A DNA stretch of 64,000 nucleotides from Macrostomum lignano (Eukaryota). The notes below the pieces were generated by a model. The model worked only from the letters and a program-made list of their open reading frames with translations. It had not been told where the DNA came from and did no database searches. Below are positions 37,500 through 50,249 of this stretch, one piece after another. Position 1 is the stretch's first letter. Each line of letters opens with the position of its first letter. A program made the translations under genes and the position numbers. Location: assembly GCA_002269645.1 (NCBI GenBank), contig NIVC01002285.1, positions 122,835 to 186,834 of the forward strand. Direction: 5' to 3'.

Positions 37500-38770
37500 T
37501 CCTAAAACATCTCACCACGCGCACGTTGATAGCACTATGGTGCACTATGCCTCCAGCGACAAGACACAAATGCACGGCTCTCATCGACAGCGGCGCCTCA
37601 ATTAGTTGCATCTCACCGGCTTTTGCACAGAAACTGAACGCCAAGATCGCACCACACTCACTTCACGTGCAATGTGCAGGCGGACAGCTGAGAGTACGGA
37701 ATCACATTGACAATTACCATTACGCGAACGAAACACTCTACTATGAGTCAGCAAAGGGCAATTCCAACCTGCGACTAGTAATCCCAACCGAATATCAGCA
37801 GGCCCTACTAAATGAGAGTCACAGTTCACCGTTTGGCGGCCACCTCGGTTTTGAAAAAACCTGGTACCGGCTCTCTCGATACTACTACTGGCCGAACTGT
37901 TACAATGACACCATGGACTACGTCAAGAAATGTGAAATCTGCCATCGAGCGAAACCTGGTCGAAAAGTCCACCCTGAACTCAGAGCAGTTAAGTTCGCTA
38001 ACGTCTTCTCACACCTAACCATCGACCTGGTCGGTCCACTACCATCTGCACACCATCAGCGAGACGTCTACAAGTACATCTTGACGGCACAATGCGGAGT
38101 TAGCAAATTTCTCTTCACAATCCCACTAGCTGACACAACATCGTCAACGGTGTGTGAACACCTATTTCGCCATGTCTTCGCACTCGCTGGCATACCTGCT
38201 AACATCATCCTAGACAACGGACCACAGTTCATCTCTACGGAATTCAGACTATATGGCAGCCCTCGGAATTAAACTAATCTATACCTCCTACTATCAGCCG
38301 TCAAGCAACTTCGTCGAAAGAGCGCACCGAACACTGAAGCAGGCACTCACCACGTTCGTGCACGACCAGCCAGACAAATGGACAGAGCACCTACCGGCAG
38401 TGACGCTCGCCCTCAACACTGCCGCCCACACTGTGATGCGCGAATCACCATTTTACCTATTCTTTGCTCGCGATTTCCAAGCTCCGAGCACGCGAATCCT
38501 TGATCACCAGATCTCTGTTTACTCCGACAACATACAACCATTGGAAACCATTTGCTCCAGCATTACTCTGGCTCAAGATGTCGCCCTCCATTACCTCCAC
38601 GCTACTGCAGAGGAGCGAGCCCGACGACATAATGAGGAGACTCCACCAACGACTTACCGACTACAACCTGGTTCTCGCTGCTACCTAGAGATCTCCGGAC
38701 AAAAAGCCTCAAAGTTTTCTAACCCTTATCGAGGACCGTTCCGTCTCCTCAAGCGGGTATCACCGCAGAA
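37500..38770 (+). pseudogene. Truncated aspartic protease fused in frame to Gypsy integrase; RT and RNase H absent
   Basis: CTALIDSGASISCI; then HSSPFGGHLG...CEIC (H2C2), IDLVGPLP, DNGPQF, (frameshift) ERAHRTLK and YRGPF. Confidence 0.88.
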
Positions 38771-39639
38771 CGCTCTAATACAGGACATCAACAAGCTGAA
38801 TGCTCCACCAATGGTCACGCACGCCTCCAAGTTGAAACCATCACCTGATCAACTCCCGGTTGAGATATTTCTACCTCAACTCACCCGGACGCTGACTCAA
38901 GAACACCACAACCACCAACAGCCGCTGACAAAGACGGTCAGCAAGCAGACTGATGATATCCGGATGACAGGACCATGCCGCCGCCGAAGAAGTTGCCGCG
39001 GATTCGCAAGCGGAAGGCCACCTCTGCTGCTGACAGCTCGGACTCAAATACGTATCGTTGAAGCGATTGCGCAGGACCTCATGGAGGTCTGCAAGCCGCC
39101 GATAGAGCAGCTCGTGAGTCGTCCGTCTGGGCGAAAAGCGCCCACAAAGCCAAGAATGCGAGCCCCGCAGAGCCCGCTTTCAGCTTCTGCTGACGGCTCG
39201 GAGGAGGAAACTGATGACCTAGTGGAGGACCGCGATTTGTCACCGCCCTTTGACGCTTTTACCTGAAAAGCATCAGCTTAGATCGGGCGCTTTAGTGACT
39301 TCTTCAAAACCAAGAAAAACAAAAATGAACTATTGTTATGGTCCTATCTAAATGCTTGACCATTGATTTTTGCCTGGCTAGTTAGTCAGAAAGCTAGCTA
39401 GTCTGAAAACTAGTTAACCCGCGCTATTTTTTAACCAAAAGTTGAAGCAAGGACTACTTAACAACACAGGACGTTACACTTGCAAATATCCAAAGACACA
39501 TACATTCAAAGCGGCATGTTAGAATTCTGCCAATATTTGCAAGTGTAACGTCCTGTGTTGTTAAGTAGTCCTTGAGTTGAAGTTCAAATGCAAGTCAAAT
39601 AAACGTGTAACATCTCATTGTTTTACAGAAATCAAGAAA

Positions 39640-40234
39640 TGTGTTTTTCTTGTTCCTTGTCTCTTCCAGAGACGGCTGCAACATGTAGTGGGGGCTCGAT
39701 TAGTCACTCCACCAGGCGGGCAGCTGGATCTGTTAAAGTCTAAGCTAATTTCTGCCTAGCGGGAGTCAAAACTCTATCGTGGGCGCCCTTCGATGCTTAA
39801 AACCCGCTTTTGTGTTTGTTCTGTTAAGCTATATCCCAATGGCCGGGAAAGTAAAAATTTTTGGTTCCAATTCTAAAATTCAAGCAGTAAGGTGCCTGTG
39901 CTTCATAAACGAGCTATGCAGCGGTGGATTAGACTATGAGTCTGTGTGTGTGCAGACAAGTACTTATGCAGAAGGCCTAGATTCATCTGTCCGCACTCCC
40001 CTCCTGGAGTCCCTCTTTTCGGATACCACTACACTGAAGTTGGAGAGCGGCTATCGTTTAAGCATGGATAAGGAAAATTTCCCTATAGCAATCTCCTGCA
40101 GGCTTCAGTGCAACCCGAGGCTGTTCCTGAACCTGTTCTTTAGTCGGAAATTTATAGTCTGTGGTCCTCAAAATCTCGAGGAACTGAAGCAAGTGTTGAA
40201 GGTTTTCCAACATTTGCCCCAAGCAGCCGTCTAA
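39640..40234 (+). pseudogene. TATA-binding-protein-like gene, element A (stop and frameshift)
   Basis: KLYRGRPSML, KLYPNG, VQTSTY, ENFPIA, LNLFFSRKFIVCG; homologous to 53453-54025. Confidence 0.7.
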
Positions 40235-40286
40235 TTATTCATTTCAGCAAATTGCCGCCCAACTCCGTGCTCAGACTCGAACTTAC

Positions 40287-40983
40287 GTGACCGAAGGTCT
40301 AATTGGGGCGGGAAAATCTTCCCTTGTCCGCAATCTGGCTCTGATGGCTCGGCTGGAATGTTGGAAAGGAGGGTACGAGTTTGCTCGGGAGCCGGTGGAA
40401 TACTACCGAAAGCACCGTTACACGGAGCAGAATCTGCTGCAGCAGTTTTACGATGGTGACTTGTCCGCTTTTGAATTTCAAGTCCATGTGTCGCACGAGA
40501 TGGTGAGACGCGACATGAAGCTCCGCAAAATCGCTGCAAAAGGCACGCATCGGTTTATTGTGGCAGACCGACACCTGGGCAGCTGCTATGCATTTTTAAC
40601 GCATCTAAAACATCAAGGGCGTTTGAATGGTACCCAGCAAGCAATTCTCGTTAATCAGCTGCAGGTCTTAGAAAAGAAGACAAAGACGGTTACATCTCGA
40701 GAGGATTGCACTCTGGTCTCTGGTGTACCCTGAAATCGACCCGGAGCTGGCACTGCAGCGCATTCGCCAACGAAATCGGCCTGAAGAAGCCAACATCGAC
40801 CTGGCCTATCTTCAAGGGCTGGCTGCGGCGCAGCAAGCCACATTCCCAAGCTACGGGTTTGTGGTTCAACTGAGGGTTACAGAATCATCAACAGTCGAAG
40901 ATCTGAGCCGGCTGGTGCGCGACCTGGTGCAAGGCTCGCGTCAACCGCCTCCTAGTGGCGGTTTTATCGAGGCAGTGATGTGA
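40287..40983 (+). pseudogene. Deoxynucleoside kinase family, element A (one frameshift)
   Basis: EGLIGAGKS P-loop, REPVEYY, FQ, ADRH, PELALQRIRQRNRPEEANIDLAYL. Confidence 0.85.
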
Positions 40984-41199
40984 AATCAAAGCTTAATTCT
41001 TGAATATTTAATTTGTGCATACTGAGTCGACTACTCTGAAAGAAAAAAAAAATTTGCAACCATCATTTCATTATTGTCAAATAATGAAACCAAATCGGCG
41101 TTCAAGTTAATTTTTTACTACTTGTATTAGTAGAAAGAAAGTTTCCTGCTCCTAATTAACTCATGTAATACTTAAATCACAGCTCGTCGGCGGCAAATG

Positions 41200-41859
41200 C
41201 CACGGATTCAGTGCCGCGTTTGCGGCAAATGATTCGGAACCCAGGCAGCACTGCATGCGCATTCGCACGGTGCTTGTTTTCACCCTCTGGAATCGTTGAT
41301 TAGCAATCCGCCTAGTGGCTGGAATGCGGTTCTGGAAGAATCAGCGCTGCATGGAAGAGCTAATTTTCTAAAATTTATTCCCACTGCTGACGGCACTGGC
41401 AACGACAACAACAACGGGATCTCTGAGGTGCTCGCTTCACTTCAACAGCCGATCTACAGACTTTTCAGTATGTTACTGCAGCCAGATCTACTAATGCGAA
41501 CTTGCATTCATTTAAAGTGTAAGCTAAGTCGTCTGATGCCAGCAGCTGCTGCTGCTAGTGATGCCGACCAGCCAACGCTGCAACAACAGGAGATTTCAGT
41601 TTATTTCAATACCAATATCTTCACGATAACAATTGACGAAGAGTCTGCTGCTGCTGCTGGAGCTCTTCTTTCGCCCGACGCCTTTAACCAGTGGTTTTTG
41701 CGCGCTGTTGGCGATCTTGTCACTCGACTGGAAAATTTTCAAAAACAAGGCAGCAATTGGCATCTCGAGGCGGTGGAACAGGTTGATTTTTTACTCGCCC
41801 TGTACAGACGCTCTCGTGCGAGAGCGTCTGTACAGCGCGGTGCAGGAGCTGGAGCAACC

Positions 41860-41897
<38 letters not shown>

Positions 41898-44800
41898 CAC
41901 ACCTTTCAAAATTCCGCTGTCACTGGCGAAAAAAGCTGGATCTGTGCTACTTCTAAAACCCAACAATGCGAACCAGCAGGATTGTTTTTGCTATGCTGTA
42001 GTAGCAAGCGTCTTTCAAAAAGATGTGGCCCGACCGGCTAGACGAGCCAGCTACAAGCGATGGTTGCAAGTTTTCGATTTCGGTCGAAATCCATCCGGTC
42101 CTAAACGGCACAATGCACACAGCTACAAAAAGTTTCTGAGAAAAAATCCCACTCTTGGCTTACGCATGTTTGTCTGGGATCACGAAAGCAAATCTGCTAG
42201 CTTGTTTTTTTCGAAAAAAACACCAGAAGCTATCTACACGGCAAATTGCCTGTTCATACCACCTTATTCAAGCTTCAAGTTTGGGCACTATGTGCCTATC
42301 AAGAATTTGCAAAGCCTGCTAAGTTCTAACACGCGGCGACGGCGTTTCTGTCCCGACTGTTTAGCGCCATTTAATCACACTGTGTCCTGGGACTTCATCT
42401 TGAACGAGCACTGCTGTACTGGCACGTCCGTGCCTCCAACCGAGCCTGCAGCTCAACCAAGGGGCTGTGTATGGCAGTCTGAACCGGAGGGTCAGTTTCG
42501 CGAGATCCGCTTTGTTCCGCGTGAAGAAATGCCAGCTAAAGAGGAGGCTTTTGTGCGCTTCACAGTCGATGAGACTCGACTACCTGCTTTATTTGTTATT
42601 TATTCAGATCTAGAAACGATTGCAATGAGTCCGGAACAGGCGGCTGCAGCCGGTCACCCGGTTCCCAAACTTGGCAGCGGTATTGTGCGAGTACTCGTAC
42701 CACTCTGCCTGGGCTACAGATTGGTTACCCAGCCGCAAGACTTCAAAAGCAAGCTGCCTTCCTATTGCGCTGGAAAGCCGTGTGAGGTGCTGTATTCTAG
42801 TCAGAGCTCGGCCGGGCTCAATTGCGTGAGCCAGTTTCTTCTAAAATTACGCCAACTAGCTTCGGAAATCATGCACTATGGACGGCTAGAACTCCACAAA
42901 CCACTGATGAGAAAGTTTCTTCCCGCACGAAAACTAGTGCTGCAGGCAGCGACAAATTGCCAGTTGTGTCTGCGGGAGTTCGGACCCGGAGAAGAAGAAG
43001 ATCAAGCTGTTTTGGATCACTGCCATTTGACAGGCCGTCCTCGTGCTGTTTTATGTTGCTCTTGCAATCAAAAACTAAGTTTACAACGCCGAAAAATAAC
43101 AGTTTTTATGCACAACCTGAAAAATTTCGATTCGAAATTTATCATTCGAGAGATCTACGAGACTTTCTCAGGCACCAGCAAGGACATTCGGTTGAATGTC
43201 TTGCCGGAAAACCGTGAGCGGCTTAAAACATTTTCCATTAAGTTTCGACTGCAGTGAGGCAGCACCAGCACGGATGGGATTGACGAGACGTGGTTTGAAA
43301 TTTGTTTCAAAGACTCATTTGCCTATTTACCGTCAAGCCTGGCGAGCCTGGCAGGGCGCCTTCAACCAGATCAACTCATCTGTACAAGGGAGCTTCTAAA
43401 GTTCTATCCCGGTCCGAGCGAAACGACTCTGTTGCAAAAAGGAGTCTATCCGTACTCATTTGCGGATTCTTTTGAGAAAATAGATTCAGTTACGCGTCTC
43501 CCACCCAGAGAGGCGTTTTTTGACCACCTGAGGGAGGAGCCCTGCTCGCTCGAGGACTACGCCCGGGCCGAAAAAAGCTGGCAAGAATTCGGTTGCCGCA
43601 GCCTGCGGGACTACACAACAGCATACCTGTCTTTGGACGTGCTGCTTCTGGCGGATGTGTTCGAGGCTTTCCGTAAAACCGGCCTGGAGGAATACAGCAT
43701 TGACCCGGCCCACTATTTGGGTGCGCCAATGTACAGCCTCGCCAGCTGCCTAAACTCTTCAGCCTATTTAGTTAGTCACTGATGCGGACATGTACCGCGA
43801 CTTTTCGTGGCGGCTTCAGTTTTGGTACACGGCACCTGACCACTGGCTCGTAGAACCTGCTGCCAGCTTGACGAGAAAGAACCGGAGTTTGCAGTTGCGG
43901 AAAAACGCTCCGGCAAACACTTTTCTTGTTTATCTGGATGCCAATTCACTCTATTCAACATGCATGGTTCATCCCATGCCTTGTGCTGATTTCAAGTGGA
44001 TGACTTTGCAAGAAATCCGGTCCGTTCCGTGCGACAATGGACTGTCCGCCGATGAACTCGAGGATCCGTCAGTGAGGAGCAAGCTGCTGGACTGGATTTG
44101 TAATTTCTGTTCGGCAGACCGGGGCGCCCTGTTCACGGTGGATCTCTACTATCCAAATTTTCTGCACGACTCCACTGCTGATTTGCCCTTGGCTTTAGGT
44201 CACGAAACTGTGACTGAGAGCTGGCTGACAAGAACTCAACGACAAGACTGGCTACTACTACAGCGGCAGATGATTCCGAATCGCAGCGCTAACGCAACTT
44301 CATACGAGGAGGTCAGCCTATTCAAAAGCCCTACGAAAAAGCTAATCGCTTCGCTGGTGCACAAAAAAGACTATGTGGTGCACTACAGAGCTCTGCGCCT
44401 CTATCTGGAGTTGGGACTGCGCGTGCCACGAATTCGCCGAGTGCTTGTCTTCACCGAACGCTCGATCTTGCGCTCTTACATCGAGCGCAACATTGAGAGG
44501 CGGAAAGCGGCCACGGGGGATTTCGAAAAAGATTTTTTTAAGTTACTCAACAATTCGCTCTTCGGGAAGTTTCTTCAGCGCGTGCGTGACCGGATGAACT
44601 TTCGAATGTGCTCCGACCCAGAGAAGCTGGAGACGCTGGTCAGTATGGAACGCTTCCAAGATGTTGTAATCTACTCTGAAAATCTCTTGGGAGTTAATCT
44701 CGCTCCAAGAAAAGTTACGCTAAACAAGCCGATCATCATTGGCGCCGCAATTCTCGATATTGCTAAGACAATTGTCTATGACTTTTATTACAGTCACGTT

Positions 44801-45337
44801 CAGGCGCACAGCTCTCTGGAGTGCGCGCGCGTTCTCGCTGGCGATACCGACAGTCTGATGATGGCCCTGGTGATGCGCAAGTCGGGAGAAACCCCGTACG
44901 ACACTATTTTTAAGGACTTTGTGCAGCAAGGCCTTTTGGACACCAGCAACTACCCGAAGAACCATCCTCTCTACACTGACAGACACAAGGGTCGGCTGAT
45001 GGCGTGGAAGGATGAATTCGGCGGGCAGCTGGCTATCGAGCTGGCGTTTCTGCGGCCCAAGAACTACTCTTTTTTGAGGGCCAATGAAGTTGTGCAACAA
45101 GTGTCGCGCTGCAAGGGGGTGACGAAGACGGTTGCCCGACAGATTAAGCATACTGAGTATGTAAGAACTGTTAACGAGAGAAGCCTCTACTACGTTCAGC
45201 AGCGACGCTTTAGTTCGCAAAAGCAAGTTGTCTTTTTGCTCGAGCATCGCAAGCTAGCCCTAAGCTCTTTCGACACGAAACGTGCTTGGCTGGGCGCGCT
45301 CGCCTCTCTACCCTACAGCCACTGGCGGTTGAACTAA
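41200..45337 (+). pseudogene. Protein-primed DNA polymerase B (EndoVII type), element A, several frameshifts
   Basis: DCFCYA/GHY (OTU-like), YSDLET, DHCHLTGRPRAVLCCSCN, HNLKNFD, YLDANSLY, KLLNNSLFGK, AGDTDSL, RPKNY. Confidence 0.92.
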
Positions 45338-45615
45338 TCTATCGCTTTGACTTTTTTAAACCAAGTGTTGATGAGTGTGCGCTATGCCGTGATTTGACTA
45401 AATATAGCGACAGCGAAAACTTGGTCTACTACTAATCTTGCTAAACTGTTAGAGGCCTAGTCAATTTGTTTTTCTGCGGCATATACGAGGAGGGAAGTAG
45501 CTTGGGTGGCTTTAGCATTATAAGTAAAGCGAAAACGATATTTTAAAACTCTACAAGAAACTAACAAACACCTCACCCCAATCTCTGTTCCAGCTCTATC
45601 TGCACACTGCGCAAC

Positions 45616-46257
45616 ATGGACTCGACCGGCTGCTCTTCAGTGGACGAGGAGCTGCGAATCTTCTTGGAGGAAGCCGGAGCAAAGATTCCGCAACGGGCGA
45701 CCGAGCGATCGGTTGGCTACGATCTAGCCAGCTTGGAGAAAAAAACCATAACTGCACAAAGCTGGTGTGTACTCTATACCGGAATAAGTATCGATCTGCA
45801 AGACGGCACGTATGGTCGAATTGCTTCTCGCTCAGGCCTGGCTGCGCGCTACGGAATCGTTGCCGGCGGCGGAGTTATCGACCCAGACTACATCGGACAG
45901 CTGCAAGTGATTCTTTTCAATCATTCGACTTGTGACTTCAAGGTCGAGCCTGGCGACCGCATCGCTCAATTGGTTTTGGAGCGTGTCGCTACACCATCTG
46001 TTGTTGTTAATCGTGCAGGCAGGCCTGGGAAAAAGGAAGGAGAAGAAGTGAAGACCAGGGCGCACGACGAGGGACTAGTCAACGACGATGACAAGACCAT
46101 CCCTGTCCTCGTCGATGAAGAAGGGAACGAAGGACCTATCGAGCCGCCGAAGCGCATTCGCGGAACGGGCGGATTGGGCAGCACCGGAATTGGATCGCTT
46201 TTGCGCGGCGTAATGGGACCTGATCATGATGACACTAACAAAGCTAAACGTAGCTAG
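45616..46257 (+). CDS. dut: dUTPase, element A
   Basis: GYDL, GRIASRSG, GVIDPDYIG, GDRIAQL, RGTGGLGSTG. Confidence 0.93.
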   Translation: MDSTGCSSVDEELRIFLEEAGAKIPQRATERSVGYDLASLEKKTITAQSWCVLYTGISIDLQDGTYGRIASRSGLAARYGIVAGGGVIDPDYIGQLQVILFNHSTCDFKVEPGDRIAQLVLERVATPSVVVNRAGRPGKKEGEEVKTRAHDEGLVNDDDKTIPVLVDEEGNEGPIEPPKRIRGTGGLGSTGIGSLLRGVMGPDHDDTNKAKRS

Positions 46258-46400
46258 CACCGCAAACTCAAACTCTAATACTTTCTTGTTTTAAACAACT
46301 GCAAAATATACACTACCACCAATCAACGTAATAGTCAACAGATTGTATAAGCAAAACAAATTTCCCTACGAGCTATGACTTCAAAATATTACTAGCAGAA

Positions 46401-46837
46401 ATGGTAAGAGACCAGAGCAGGCACTTTAAAAAGAGCGCAAGAAAAACTAAAAAAAATCTCGAACTACTACTACTAGTAGTCGTAGAGCAAAACGGAATCA
46501 GCGACTACAGAGAGGAAGTGGTATTGTAAATTGGGTTATTAACCATTTGCCGTTTGAACTACATCTCCCGGGCTACCAATTCTGTGGACCGGGTACTAGG
46601 TTGAAAGAACGATTGGCGAAAGGCCAGACCGGGAAAAATAGGCTAAATAGGCTGTGTATGCTGCACGATAAGGCCTACGAGAAGAACTCTGAAACGAAAG
46701 ACCGTCTCGAGGCGGACCGCTTGCTGGAACAGGGCGCGCGAGAAATAGCCAACGATCCAAGCAGTGGTTTGGGTGAGAAACTAGCCGCCAAATTTGTAGC
46801 AAAGGTTATGCAAGTAAAGCAACAAGCGAGCGCCTGA
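46401..46837 (+). pseudogene. Basic N-terminus plus parvovirus VP1-type phospholipase A2 (PLA2X), element A
   Basis: LPGYQFCGPGT...LCMLHDKAY; 1-nt frameshift in an A-run near 46450; no intron. Confidence 0.85.
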
Positions 46838-46842
46838 GCTAC

Positions 46843-47539
46843 ATGGAGACAAAGCCGCCTATCTACGATTTGCGGCTCGCGCCTGATTCAACAATCATCG
46901 TGGCGGGGCCTTCGATATCTGGGAAGACAGAATGGGTTTTGCGTCTGAAAGAGTAGCCATGTTTAAGAAACCACCACAACGGCTAGTCTGGTGTCACGGG
47001 ACCGATCTTCATGACCAGGAACGCGGGAAAATTCGGGCTTGTTGGGACAACTCCGAAGGAATACATTTTATTCGGGGTTTTACGGGTGCATTGTTGGGGA
47101 GTTTACGATCGGGAGATCTTTTGGTTGTAGACGATCTGCAAAGTGAGATTGCTAAATCCGCCGACTTCACAGCTGTCTTCACCAAACACGCCCACCATTT
47201 CCCATTAAACTGCATATACCTATGCCAGAATCTGTTCAGCCGTTCAGACGCGGGGGCACGAACAAGAAGCTTATCTACAAGCTACATCTGTTTAACCCGC
47301 TCGGTACGAGATCGAACCGCAGTTTTGAATCTTGGGAAACAGATGTATCCAAAAAAAGTAACTATCTCGTCCAAGTCTACGAAGAAGCAACCGATGGAAA
47401 ACCGTACTCATATCTACTTATCGACTTGCGTCAGGATACGCCAGATTTCTTGCGACTTCGAACAGGCGTGTTTGCGGGAGAGCTGATGATAGCCTATGGT
47501 AAGCCTGGCAACAGAGAGCTAAAGGCGCCTGGGTTATAA
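46843..47539 (+). pseudogene. FtsK/A32-like packaging ATPase, element A (frameshifts)
   Basis: Walker A AGPSISGKT, Walker B LLVVDDL, YLCQNLF, PYSYLLIDL. Confidence 0.9.
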
Positions 47540-47588
47540 GCAAGCCATGTTATTTCAAGACTGAACCATCGCCACCAAGGAAACAAAC

Positions 47589-48121
47589 ATGAGCTTCTAC
47601 GTTTTTCTTCCCTCAAACGACAAAAGCTATCCATCCAACACTCCAAATGAGTTTCGTGTGCGATTGAAAAATTCTTTGAACCTAATCGGACGTTATGGGA
47701 CCGCGAACGCGTACGAGGTCGCTTTAGTCGAGCTTTTGTGCAGAGGTGCTATAAAAAACATTGGTTATGCTGCCTCCGATAGGTCACAGTTATTCGGTTG
47801 ATATTAGTCCACATCTTTCAGTGAAGCAGGCTGCTTTGACAAAATTTTGGCAGGGAGGCGACCTGGAAGTCTATCTGCTTTGTCGCCCGGAAGAGCGGCA
47901 GTACCTGTGGTATCTCGGAAACGGTGGCGCGAGTCAATTAGCGATCCGTTTACCTTCACATTTCATGCGTGTCTATGGCTTCGATCAGTGGAAAATAGTG
48001 CGCGGGAAGGATAGTGATTTCCATAGCATTGAATCTCTTACTCGGAGTCCACTCATTGGTGAGGAAGGAAGCTTTAAAAGTTATTACGCGAGAGCGAAAA
48101 GCTCAACTGAATACATAACCG
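47589..48121 (+). pseudogene. Minor capsid (penton) protein, element A, 3'-truncated
   Basis: MSFYVFLPSN...FRVRL...YEVALVEL; central part matches 61995-62825; runs into the inverted arm at 48122. Confidence 0.8.
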
Positions 48122-49842
48122 TTCTAAATCTTGTAAATATCAATGGTCTACTAATGGAAAGGGGGATGATAAATGCAGTCAAGACTGAAACAGTTGGTGC
48201 CAAGGCTGAAAATGCCACTAGGGGAACTGTGTCAGCTGTTGTATATACAAAATTTAGTGGGATTAAAACGAAGAAGGCAGTTGTAACAAGGGATAAAGAA
48301 GATGGGGGTGATCGCTCATTCCTACAGAATCAGTCAACCGCACGCTCCGTTCGATATCGGTTGGGTTGCTGGCCGTGATGACCCACTCTGTTGTGAAGAA
48401 TGAAGACGGTAAATATAGCCAATCCTAAACAAAGAACTTCACTTTCGATATAAGCTTAGACAGCAAGGGAGCTGTATCCGAGAGGATACACTCTAAAAAA
48501 GCGCAATCTCTATTGTATAGCAGTATCAATATAGCTTAACTTCTTAAATTTTGTTTGAGTTGTGAGCGAGAATCTAAATCATTTCGGACGCGCTGCTGAA
48601 GCTGTTAACGACCCTAGACGGGGCCGTTCGCGTTCGCGAAATGGACACCATATAGATACTTTATATTTTAATAGTTCGTCGCAATTTCCGGAGTTTGACG
48701 AGTTTCCGGATGCCGACTACTTAAATGAACTATGCCGGATCCCTGAAGAGGGTAAGTTTGGTACCTGCTTGGTTATGTTTTAATTTATCCTCATTGAAAT
48801 AAACATCTAGTGTTGCGACTTTCCTCCGCAGATGCCATCAGTCCTGAACCGCAGGGTGATCATGGACGCTGGGCACCGTGGACGTGGGTGTCGAGTGCGT
48901 GGACGTGGGCGAGGGCCCTGTGGAATAATATATATGGCGCTGCGGGCGGAGACAGCGATGTTGAATCTAGCCTTCAAAGTGATTCTGGCGAGGATGTTCG
49001 ACCGACCGCTGCGATTCTCGAGTCTTCCGTCCTGGGCGAGGGTGCCGTGGGCGGCGGAAGCGCTGTGCAGTCCGACTTGGTGAGCGAGCCTTCTAGACCA
49101 AGCGAGAGCGTCGCGGGGGGCGGCAGCCATCGTGAGATTGGCTCCGTCGAGGCTCGTGTTTGTCGACAGTCACGGGATGGACCTAGCCGGAGCGAAGGCG
49201 CTATGAGCGGCGACAATCCTCGCTGGTACCCATTTCTTAACCATCCTCACGCATCTCACGTCTACGCCCGACATCGCCCTCTTGATGGGCGCGGGCATGG
49301 ACGGGTGCGTAGTAACGGCGAGAATTGGGTAATCATCGCCGAAGAGCCTTCGCTTTATGGTCCATTGCGCATACTGGTTAGAGAGAATAGGCCTGGCCCG
49401 CCTATTCGACGGGCGACTTCTGACTCGGACTCGGGCCTCTGTGAATTTTAAGCATTGTGTTTACACGCCCGCCTAATAACTAATAACGTTACAGCCGTTA
49501 CAGAGAATGCAAGCCCGTTGCATTGAGCATGTGTGAATGTATGTGAAAATAAATATTAATCGCTTTCAGTGTTACTTCAATGCGATTATAATACCGTGTT
49601 CTTAATTTGTGCAATACTTAAGTTTCTATCCAATGCTTAATACGTATTATGTGGCACGGCAAACTTAGAACAGTGTTTAGATCTTACACTAGAACTAATA
49701 CGGCGAGCTTAAACCTAGATGTAGTAATTTTCTCTACGAGCCTTTGAGTGAATAACAGAGTCTAAAGACCAAGACAGTTTAACGATTAAGATTAACAAGA
49801 TTTCATTTCATACATGGAGTTAGTTGAGAATGAAAAATTATA
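48122..49842 (+). repeat. Right arm of the 1.7-kb inverted duplication
   Basis: Reverse complement of 26444-28168; carries copies of the three small ORFs. Confidence 0.95.
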
Positions 49843-50024
49843 AGTAGTAAGCGTTTTTTACGCCCATAGCTCGTTTTTACATGGCGAAATCAATAGGAAG
49901 TTCCAAGCACTAGTTCAATGGGGATACGTGCATAGCCTGTTTTTGCATAGCAAAACTAATACAAAGTTCTAGGTTATAGACGATGAATTTCCATCCTGCA
50001 CAGGCGCGTTACCAAATCTCGTCC
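49843..50024 (+). repeat. Polinton-type terminal sequence of element B
   Basis: AGTAGTAAGCG start; colinear with 24510-24691. Confidence 0.8.
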
Positions 50025-50249
50025 CCGTCATGTTCTTTCTAGCCACACTCTTTCTTCTACATACGTGGTCGTTCAATGCTACGACCGTCTGTGTCACAGC
50101 CAAATAAAAAAGGCACATACACACGCATCGCTCTATTGCCACAATGATTTTGTGAATCAGTTCGTTTGTAGATGAAAGCTTTTATATTTTTTGTCTAGAT
50201 AAAAAACTATCAGGTCAAGCTTGCATTAAAACAGTCAAACGCTAGCTTT

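Larger units (their letters stand above)
24510..49842 (+). mobile_element. Maverick/adintovirus-like element A (rearranged, degenerate, with nested insertions)
   Basis: AGTAGT terminus plus pPolB, ATPase, penton and PLA2 genes syntenic with element B. Right terminus missing; the boundary is inferred. Confidence 0.7.

Noticed and set aside
37780-38770. Integrase as the native Maverick integrase of element A
   Set aside because: It has an H2C2 domain, is fused to an aspartic protease remnant, and sits in an insertion that disrupts gene X; Gypsy origin is more likely.
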